From an uncultured bacterium (lineage in GTDB: Bacteria > Abyssobacteria > SURF-5): DNA of 14,747 bases. Positions 8,170-14,747 of this stretch are shown piece by piece (positions within the stretch are counted from its first letter, which is position 1; each line of letters starts with the position of its first letter). A program made the position numbers and the translations under genes. Under the pieces are notes generated by a model. The model was not told the origin of the DNA. It did no database searches and was given only the letters and a program-made list of their open reading frames with translations. The DNA lies in contig CAZEBC010000025.1 of NCBI GenBank assembly GCA_964510165.1, positions 16,913-31,659 on the forward strand, given 5' to 3'.

Positions 8170-9260
8170 GGATCGGCATCACCTGCCACGCCACGGTCGG
8201 GGGGAGCGGCGCGATAGCGGTCGGGCTCGGGAAACTGCTGGCGGCCGCCGGACATGAGGTTCACTTTATCTGTCATGAGATGCCGTTCGGGCTGACGGGC
8301 CATCGCCACCCTCGCATTACCGTCCACGAAGTCGAGGCCACCCAATACCCGCCGCTGAAATACCCACCTTATGCGATGGCGCTCGCCGTCAAGATGGCTG
8401 CGGTCGCGAGAGAGGCCCGCCTTGACCTGTTGCATGTGCACTACGCGATCCCGCACGCGTTGAGCGCCTATCTCGCTCGCGAGATGAGCGCGCCTGACCA
8501 CCTGAAGATAGTGTGCACGCTGCATGGAACCGACATCACGCTCGTGGGAGCGGACCCCTCGTATCGGCCCTTGGTGAAGTTTTGCATCGAGGCGTGCGAC
8601 GCGGTCACCTCGGTCTCGCATTGGCTGACGGACACGGTGAAGCATTCGTTCGGGCTCAGCCGCGAAGTGCACACCATTTACAACTTTGTGGACACAAATG
8701 AGTACATGCGAATCGAGGCTCGCGTGAACGACATCCCGGTCATCGTTCACATGTCGAATTTCCGACCCGTCAAGAGGACTCTCGACGTGGTGAGAGTGTT
8801 CAAGCGCGTGCGGGAACGACGGAAGGCCCATCTCCTGATGGTCGGTGACGGACCCGACAGGGAGCGGGCATTTGAGTTGGCGCAGTCGCTGGGGATTGCG
8901 GAGGATGTCGAGTTTGCGGGAGTCACCGAGAGCGCAGTCGACATCCTGTCGTGTGCCGACGTGTTTCTCTTGCCGAGCGAGATGGAGAGTTTCGGACTGG
9001 CCGCGCTCGAGGCAATGGCCTGCGAAACGCCGGTGGTCGCAACAAACGTGGGCGGCTTGAGCGAAGTAGTCGAGGACGGCCGGACCGGCTATCTGCTGCC
9101 GCTTGGCGATACCGAATCCATGGCCTTGCGCATACTCGAGATAATCGAGAATCCGGAACTCAAGCGGCGTCTGGGTCAGCGTGGCCGCGCACTCGCACAG
9201 GAGAAATTCAGTCCACAGGCGGCGCTTCAGGCATACTTGAAAGTCTACGGTTTCCCTTAA
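8166..9260 (+). CDS. bshA: N-acetyl-alpha-D-glucosaminyl L-malate synthase BshA (GT4)
   Basis: 364 aa from ATG 8166 (ATGA overlap with the bshB1 stop). Motifs MRIGITC..VGGSG, LLHVHYAIPHA, TLHGTDITLVG, HMSNFRPVKR, ESFGLAALEAMAC. Confidence 0.94.
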   Translation: MRIGITCHATVGGSGAIAVGLGKLLAAAGHEVHFICHEMPFGLTGHRHPRITVHEVEATQYPPLKYPPYAMALAVKMAAVAREARLDLLHVHYAIPHALSAYLAREMSAPDHLKIVCTLHGTDITLVGADPSYRPLVKFCIEACDAVTSVSHWLTDTVKHSFGLSREVHTIYNFVDTNEYMRIEARVNDIPVIVHMSNFRPVKRTLDVVRVFKRVRERRKAHLLMVGDGPDRERAFELAQSLGIAEDVEFAGVTESAVDILSCADVFLLPSEMESFGLAALEAMACETPVVATNVGGLSEVVEDGRTGYLLPLGDTESMALRILEIIENPELKRRLGQRGRALAQEKFSPQAALQAYLKVYGFP

Positions 9261-9276
9261 CTACCACGGGGGAATC

Positions 9277-9294
9277 GTGCGAATGAATTCGCAC
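9277..9294. repeat. Single REP-like palindrome between convergent bshA and asd
   Basis: gtgcgaat-ga-attcgcac has perfect 8-bp arms and the same core as the doublet at 2644-2706. Confidence 0.75.
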
Positions 9295-9334
9295 TCGCTC
9301 GATTGCGGGACAGCCTCTCATTCCCTTCCGTCTG

Positions 9335-10339
9335 TCAGCGGACAAGATACTCCGCTATCTGCACCGCGTTGAGCGCCGCGCCTTTCCTGAGGTTATCCGA
9401 CACGATCCACATGTTGAGGCCGTGCGGAACCGTGTCGTCGCGGCGGATGCGGCCGACAAAGGTTTCGTCGAGACCCTCGCAATTGATGGCCAACGGATAC
9501 AGCGCCTTCGAGGGGTCATCCACCACTTTGACGCCCGGCGCTTTCGAGAGGATTTGCCGTGCGCGTTCCGGGGTCATCTCCGACTCGAACTCGAGGTTGA
9601 CCGATTCCGAATGGCCGCGATAGACGGGCACGCGCACCGTGGTGGCGCTCACCTTGATCGAGTCGTCCTCCATTATCTTCTTGGTCTCGTTGACCATCTT
9701 CATCTCTTCTTTGGTGTAGCCGTTCTCGAGGAACACGTCGATGTGCGGCAGCGCATTGAACGCGATCTGGTGCGGATACACTCTCGGCAGATATTGGCCG
9801 CCGTTCATGAGCGCGCGGGTCTGCTCGCGCAGTTCGATGATCGCCTTCATGCCGGTGCCTGAGACCGATTGATAGGTTGAGACGACCACGCGCTTGATCC
9901 GCGCCGCGTCGTGAAGCGGCTTGAGCGCGACCACCATCTGAATCGTGGAGCAGTTCGGGTTGGCGATTATCCCCTTGTGCCTCTTGATCGCATGCGGATT
10001 GACCTCGGGGACCACGAGCGGCACGTCGGGCTCCATGCGGAACGCGCTGGTATTGTCCACTACGACACAGCCCCGCTTGATCGCCTCAGGCACATATTGC
10101 TTGCTGACGGTCGCTCCGGGTGAGGAGAGGATTATCTCGACGCCGTTCAGGCGCTCCGGCTTCAGTTCCTCCACCTTTATCTTCTCGCCATGGAACAGGA
10201 ACTCCTTGCCGACGGAACGTTGCGACGCTAAAAGCTTGAGGTTCCCGACGGGGAAATTGCGCTGCTCGACGATCTTTCGCATCTCTTCGCCGACCGCGCC
10301 AGTCGCGCCCACGATTGCTACGTTGTATTGTCTTGACAT
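9335..10339 (-). CDS. asd: Aspartate-semialdehyde dehydrogenase
   Basis: 334 aa. Motifs VAIVGATGAVG, VDNTSAFRM, PLVVPEVN, IIANPNCSTIQ (catalytic Cys), STYQSVSGTG, RVPVYRGHSE, DNLRKGAALNAVQIAE. AAAGGAG RBS upstream. Confidence 0.97.
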   Translation of the reverse strand: MSRQYNVAIVGATGAVGEEMRKIVEQRNFPVGNLKLLASQRSVGKEFLFHGEKIKVEELKPERLNGVEIILSSPGATVSKQYVPEAIKRGCVVVDNTSAFRMEPDVPLVVPEVNPHAIKRHKGIIANPNCSTIQMVVALKPLHDAARIKRVVVSTYQSVSGTGMKAIIELREQTRALMNGGQYLPRVYPHQIAFNALPHIDVFLENGYTKEEMKMVNETKKIMEDDSIKVSATTVRVPVYRGHSESVNLEFESEMTPERARQILSKAPGVKVVDDPSKALYPLAINCEGLDETFVGRIRRDDTVPHGLNMWIVSDNLRKGAALNAVQIAEYLVR

Positions 10340-10363
10340 ATCATTAGCTCCTTTGCCAATTCC

Positions 10364-11416
10364 CTATTCAGCGATGTACTTCGCCACAAGATCGCCGACC
10401 TGGCTTGTCGAGCAGCCCATCTGGCCGGCGGCCATGCCTTTCAAATTTCCGATGGTCCTGATGACCGCTTCCTCAATCTTTGCAGCGGCCTCCTTCTCGC
10501 CTAGGAAATCGAGCATCATCTGACACGCGCAGATCGCGGCCAGCGGATTTATGACTCCTTTGCCCGTGTACTTGGGGGCCGAGCCGCCGATCGGCTCGAA
10601 CATGGACGTGCCCGACGGGTTGATGTTGCCGCCCGCCGCGATGCCCATGCCACCCTGTATCATCGCGCCGAGGTCGGTGATGATGTCGCCGAACATGTTA
10701 TCGGTCACGATCACGTCGAACCACTCGGGATTCTTCACCATCCACATGCAGATGGCGTCCACGTGCGCGTAATCGGTCTCGATGTCGGGATATTCCTTCG
10801 CGACCTCCCTGAACGCGCGTTCCCACAGGTCGAACGCGTACGTGAGCACGTTCGTCTTGCCGCACAGCGTAAGCTTCTTTCTTTTCGCTCGCGCGCGACA
10901 GAACTCGAACGCGTAGCGCAGGCAGCGCTCGACGCCCTTGCGCGTGTTAACCGATTCCTGGATCGCGACTTCGTCGGGCGTGCCCTTCCGAAGAAAACCG
11001 CCCGCGCCCGCATACAGGCCCTCGGTGTTCTCGCGAATCACCACGAAATCTATGTCCTTGGGCTTTTTCTTTCTCACCGGCGTCTCGACGCCGGGGAATA
11101 ACTTCACGGGACGCAGATTTATGTATTGGTCGAGCGCAAACCGCAGTCTCAGCAGAATTCCCTGCTCGAGCACGCCCGGCTTGACGTTCGGATGCCCGAT
11201 GGCGCCGAGATAGATCGCCTGAAACTCTCGAAGCTGTTCAATCGCGTCCTCCGGCAGAGTTTCGCCCGTCTTCAGATATCGCTCGCCGCCGAAATCGAAT
11301 GTGGTCGTCTCGTATTTGAACCCAAACTTCTTCGAGGCGGCCTTGAGCACCTTGAGCCCCTCCGCCACCACCTCCGGCCCGGTTCCGTCACCGGGTATCA
11401 CTGCGATCGTGTGCAT
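10364..11416 (-). CDS. leuB: 3-isopropylmalate dehydrogenase
   Basis: 350 aa. Motifs [34 protein letters not shown] (IPMDH-type E..LL..R), [32 protein letters not shown]. Lies downstream of leuD and upstream of asd. Confidence 0.88.
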   Translation of the reverse strand: MHTIAVIPGDGTGPEVVAEGLKVLKAASKKFGFKYETTTFDFGGERYLKTGETLPEDAIEQLREFQAIYLGAIGHPNVKPGVLEQGILLRLRFALDQYINLRPVKLFPGVETPVRKKKPKDIDFVVIRENTEGLYAGAGGFLRKGTPDEVAIQESVNTRKGVERCLRYAFEFCRARAKRKKLTLCGKTNVLTYAFDLWERAFREVAKEYPDIETDYAHVDAICMWMVKNPEWFDVIVTDNMFGDIITDLGAMIQGGMGIAAGGNINPSGTSMFEPIGGSAPKYTGKGVINPLAAICACQMMLDFLGEKEAAAKIEEAVIRTIGNLKGMAAGQMGCSTSQVGDLVAKYIAE

Positions 11417-11495
11417 TAATCGTCCCCAGAATTCTCTGTTATTTGGCTGTAGTCTAAAGAATCCACAACGGAATCCTCGAACACGGCTTTGTCCT

Positions 11496-11619
11496 AAATC
11501 CCCTTAACCCCTTTACAAAGAGGGAACCGAGCGGCAGTTCCACTCTCCCCGCTCAGAAGAAGGGGAACCAAGCGGCAGTGCAATCTCCCCCTTTAGAAAA
11601 GGGGGATTAAGGGGGATTT
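11496..11619. repeat. Composite palindromic repeat array (AAATCCCCCTAACCCCCTTT-n-AAAGGGGGA family)
   Basis: Left end aaatccccttaacccctttacaaagagggaacc (11496-11528); two internal 40-41 bp units sharing gggaaccragcggcagt..ctcccc (11522-11550, 11563-11590); inverted right end tctccccctttagaaaagggggattaagggggattt (11584-11619). Confidence 0.9.
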
Positions 11620-11968
11620 GACTTCAGAAGCCGCCACAGTGTCTCGACCACTCCTTCGAGATTTTCGAAGACTTCTCTGTCCGAGAATCGGATAACCCTC
11701 AATCCAACCCTTGCGAGGTATTCGTCTCTTGCTTTATCCTTCTCCCGTCCTTGTTCCGTATAATGCTGACCTCCATCCAACTCGACGATGAGTTCCGCCC
11801 TTGCACAAAAAAATCAACTATATAGTTCCCAAGTATCTTCTGGCGGTAGAACTGGAATCCATCCAATTGCTTGCGCCTTATTCTCGACCAGAGCAGCTTT
11901 TCCGCTTCGGTCATATTGTTTCGGAGATTCCTCGATAGTTGTTTCAATCTGGGATTATAAGGAATCAT
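11607..11968 (-). pseudogene. DUF559/Vsr-like endonuclease gene split by a -1 frameshift (pseudogene, recoded gene or sequencing error)
   Basis: Frame 1: MIPYNPRLKQLSRNLRNNMTEAEKLLWSRIRRKQLDGFQFYRQKILGNYIVDFF. One extra T in the T7 run (A7 at 11807-11813) continues CARAELIVELDGGQHYTEQGREKDKARDEYLARVGLRVIRFSDREVFENLEGVVETLWRLLKSNPP to TAA at 11609-11607. The restored protein is 120 aa with typical DUF559 motifs. Confidence 0.9.
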
Positions 11969-11997
11969 GGCAATATCCCGTATCCGTTCGGCGCCTT

Positions 11998-12032
11998 AAA
12001 TCCCCCTAACCCCCTTCTCCAAAGGGGGAACC
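11998..12032. repeat. Further copy of the same palindromic repeat, upstream of the DUF559 gene
   Basis: aaatccccctaacccccttctccaaagggggaacc is a direct copy of 11496-11528 and is inverted relative to 11584-11619. Confidence 0.9.
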
Positions 12033-12079
12033 AACCACAAGCGTTTTCCAGGAAATACGAGCACGATCTCCCATAAGAA

Positions 12080-12601
12080 TCACCTATTCACCTTTCCCCC
12101 GCTCACCCGCTTGCGCGCGTAATTGATCAACCCGCCCGCGTCTATCAACTCCTGCATGAATGGCGGAATCGGATTCGCCCGATATTCCTTCCCGGCGCTC
12201 AAATTCCGTATGATGCCCTTTGAGATATCCACTTCGATCGTGTCGCCGTCCCTGATGCCGTCCACCGCCTCCGGACATTCGAGTATCGGCAGACCCATAT
12301 TGAACGAGTTCCTGTAGAAAATCCGCGCGAAACTCTTCGCGATGACACATGATATCCCGAGCGTCTTGATCGAAATCGGCGCGTGCTCTCGCGACGAGCC
12401 GCAGCCGAAATTGGCGCCCGCCACTATGAAGTCGCCCGCACTCGCCTTATGCACGAACTCGGCGTCCGCGTCCTCCATGCAATGCTGCGCCAGCACCTCG
12501 GGGTCGCTGGACGAGAGATAGCGCGCGGGGATGATGGCGTCGGTGTCAATATTGTCGCCATACTTCCACCCCTTTCCCTTCAGCGCATGTCTTTCCGCCA
12601 T
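12080..12601 (-). CDS. leuD: 3-isopropylmalate dehydratase small subunit
   Basis: 173 aa. Motifs [78 protein letters not shown] at 12615-12610. Confidence 0.93.
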   Translation of the reverse strand: MAERHALKGKGWKYGDNIDTDAIIPARYLSSSDPEVLAQHCMEDADAEFVHKASAGDFIVAGANFGCGSSREHAPISIKTLGISCVIAKSFARIFYRNSFNMGLPILECPEAVDGIRDGDTIEVDISKGIIRNLSAGKEYRANPIPPFMQELIDAGGLINYARKRVSGGKVNR

Positions 12602-12633
12602 TCCGCACGTCCTTTCACGATGGATTTCGGGCG

Positions 12634-12662
12634 ATTATAAGGCATCCCCGTTGATTTTGCAA
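12634..12662 (-). promoter_or_regulatory. sigma70 promoter of leuD-leuB-asd
   Basis: Minus strand TTGCAA (12662-12657) - 17 nt - TATAAT (12639-12634), with the same hexamers and spacing as the pyk promoter. Confidence 0.8.
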
Positions 12663-12671
12663 TAAGCACTA

Positions 12672-13667
12672 TCAGTAGCCGACCATCTCCAGCAGCGGTT
12701 TGAGATAGTGGACAAAATACACGGTATAGAACAGATAGATGACGACTATGCCGACTATGACGACGACCACCGGGCCAATCAGCTTCGGGATCGACTCGAG
12801 CACCACCATCGCCTCGTCCTCATAAATATCGGCCACTCGCTCCAGCGACTCCGAGAAGCTGCCGGTCTCTTCGCCCACCGCAAGCACCTCACGGATCATG
12901 GGCGTAATGAACCGCGATTTACTGAGGGCCTCCGCCATGGTGGCGCCCCGCCCGATCGGAGAGGCCGCCTTCATCAGGCTATTTGTCACGACGCGGTTGC
13001 CGGCCACCGCCGCCGCGCGCTCGACGGCCTGCATCATCGGCACCGCGCTCTCAAGCTGCATCGCCAAGGTGCGCGTGAATCTCGCCATCGCCAACTTGAT
13101 CGACACCGACCGCATCAACGGGACCGAAAGCGCCACGCGGTCCCAAATCCCGCGTCCCAACGCGGTGCGCGACAAGAACGACACCGAAAGCCCGAGCGCT
13201 GCAAATGCCGCCACCGTGCCGTACGCGAGCGATTCAGCCGTCGCAATCTTGTCCGAACTGAAGACTATCGTGATCAGGAAAAACACAGCGAACGCAAAGA
13301 ATAGTTGTATAGCGGGATAGATGGAGGCCCTGATGGTGGCCCGCCTCAGCGTCAAACGCGTGTCGAAGTAGTCGGCCAGCCTTGCAAACACCGTCTCCAG
13401 ATGTCCGCTGCTCTCCCCCGCCTGCACCATCTCGACAAAGATGGGCGGGAACCTCCGCGCCCGCGCGCGCAACGCCTCGGAAAGCGTGCTGCCCGCAGCG
13501 ATGTCGTCCCCGATATCCTTGAGCGCCCTCCTCAAGCGTCTGTCCTTCGCCTCCCGCGCAATCACGGGAAACGCCCTCGACAGCGTCAATCCGGCCCCGA
13601 TCGAGACGGCCGCCTGCTTCGAGAAGTTCGCCATCGATTTCAGTGGTATTCGTCCCGCCAATATCAT
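12672..13667 (-). CDS. Type II secretion system F / PilC family inner-membrane platform protein
   Basis: 331 aa with two T2SSF repeats (FPPIFVEMVQAGESSGHLETVFARLADYF...IYP and MIREVLAVGEETGSFSESLERVADIYE), each followed by hydrophobic segments. ATGA overlap with the rluD stop. Confidence 0.9.
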   Translation of the reverse strand: MILAGRIPLKSMANFSKQAAVSIGAGLTLSRAFPVIAREAKDRRLRRALKDIGDDIAAGSTLSEALRARARRFPPIFVEMVQAGESSGHLETVFARLADYFDTRLTLRRATIRASIYPAIQLFFAFAVFFLITIVFSSDKIATAESLAYGTVAAFAALGLSVSFLSRTALGRGIWDRVALSVPLMRSVSIKLAMARFTRTLAMQLESAVPMMQAVERAAAVAGNRVVTNSLMKAASPIGRGATMAEALSKSRFITPMIREVLAVGEETGSFSESLERVADIYEDEAMVVLESIPKLIGPVVVVIVGIVVIYLFYTVYFVHYLKPLLEMVGY

Positions 13668-14674
13668 CGACCTTCCTGTCGAGACCGCGTCGTTCGAGCG
13701 AGCGACGAAGTCTCCCGAAGCAGTCCCAGCAAATTCTGAAACTCATCCGGCAGGGGCGTGCGGAACTTCAATTCCTCGCCCGTCACCGGATGCTTGAACT
13801 CCAGTTTCTCTGCGTGGAGCATGTGCCCATGAAGCCGCGAGATGGCGCTGACGACATCGGGCGCCATATGCTCGTGAAACCGCCTCAGCCTCACTCCGTA
13901 TACCGAATCGCCCACGATCGGATGCCCGATATACGCCAGATGCACCCGTATCTGATGCGTCCTTCCAGTGGTAAGCTCCAATGCCAGATGCGAGACCCCC
14001 GCGAAGCTGTCTTCCACCTTGAAGTGCGTTTTCGCGTCGCGGCTACCCACTCCGACCACCGCCATCTTTTTGCGATCGGACGGACTTCGGCCGATGGGCG
14101 CATCAATAGTCCCGCGCGATTCATCAAAGTTGCCGTATGCGAGCGCCCGATACCGCCTCTTCATCGCGCGTTCGCCAATCATCTCAACCAGCGCGCGGTG
14201 CGCGGCCTCGCTCTTCGCCACCACCAGCAGGCCCGACGTGTCCTTGTCCAGCCGGTGCACTATTCCCGGCCTTGCCGGACCCCCTATCGGTGACAGCCGC
14301 CTCGTATGCGCGAGCAGCGCGTTCACCAGCGTGCCTGCGCTCACCCCCGCCGCCGGATGCACCACCATCCCCGCCTGCTTGTTCACAACAATAATATCGT
14401 CATCCTCAAATACGATGTCCAGCGGAATCTGTTCGGGCGAAAAATCGGAGGCCTCTCTCTCTTCAACGGATACCCACACCGAATCGCCGGCCCGAAGCTT
14501 GTGGCTCGGCTTCGCTTCGTAATAGTTCACCAGGACTTTTTTCGCGTGAATAAGCGCTTGTGCGCGCGCGCGAGAAAGGTCGCGCAGTTTTGCCGAAAGA
14601 TACTGATCGAGCCTCATGCCCTCATCTTCGAGCGCAACGCTCAGCCTGTGCTCGATGCCCGCCATACTTCTCAT
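13664..14674 (-). CDS. rluD: RluA/RluD family 23S rRNA pseudouridine synthase with S4 domain
   Basis: 336 aa. S4 domain RLDQYLS..LSRARAQALI; motifs VVNKQAGMVVHP, GTLVNALL, RPGIVHRLDKDTSGLL (catalytic Asp), TGRTHQIRVH, GHPIVGD, LHA..L.FKHP. Start may be 14674 or 14665. Confidence 0.93.
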   Translation of the reverse strand: MRSMAGIEHRLSVALEDEGMRLDQYLSAKLRDLSRARAQALIHAKKVLVNYYEAKPSHKLRAGDSVWVSVEEREASDFSPEQIPLDIVFEDDDIIVVNKQAGMVVHPAAGVSAGTLVNALLAHTRRLSPIGGPARPGIVHRLDKDTSGLLVVAKSEAAHRALVEMIGERAMKRRYRALAYGNFDESRGTIDAPIGRSPSDRKKMAVVGVGSRDAKTHFKVEDSFAGVSHLALELTTGRTHQIRVHLAYIGHPIVGDSVYGVRLRRFHEHMAPDVVSAISRLHGHMLHAEKLEFKHPVTGEELKFRTPLPDEFQNLLGLLRETSSLARTTRSRQEGR

Positions 14675-14681
14675 GTTCTTT

Positions 14682-14727
14682 CCCTCTCACCCCAACCTCT
14701 CCCACCGGGAGAGGACCGGGTGAGGGA
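14682..14727. repeat. Palindromic REP-like element (CTCACCCCAACCTCTCCC-n3-GGGAGAGG-n3-GGGTGAGGG)
   Basis: Inner stem cctctccc (14696-14703) / gggagagg (14707-14714) and outer stem ctcaccc (14686-14692) / gggtgag (14718-14724), directly upstream of rluD. Confidence 0.75.
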
Positions 14728-14747
14728 ACAACTTCGGAAACGAACAA

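Noticed and set aside
11496-11619. CRISPR array interpretation of the 40-41 bp periodic repeats
   Set aside because: The would-be spacers are near-identical to each other, the end units are inverted, and no cas genes are present.

Overview
GC-rich bacterial chromosomal window, mostly housekeeping genes. Plus strand: class II (B12-dependent) ribonucleotide reductase nrdJ, a secreted alpha/beta-hydrolase behind a consensus sigma70 promoter, and a translationally coupled pyk-bshC-bshB1-bshA operon containing the full bacillithiol pathway. Minus strand: rluD coupled to an orphan GspF/PilC-family gene, then a separately promoted leuD-leuB-asd unit with no leuC. Main observations: (1) a lower-GC cassette between leuD and leuB carries a DUF559/Vsr-like endonuclease gene bracketed by its own palindromic repeat family, resembling a REP/RAYT locus with a different nuclease; (2) that gene is split by a -1 shift at a T7 slippery run; (3) LeuB has isopropylmalate-type substrate residues but the NADP-type coenzyme signature APKY..I; (4) the bacillithiol genes are coupled to pyruvate kinase; (5) most larger intergenic gaps hold a short repeat, about five families in all. 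Family assignments come from motif recognition only; no database searches were run.
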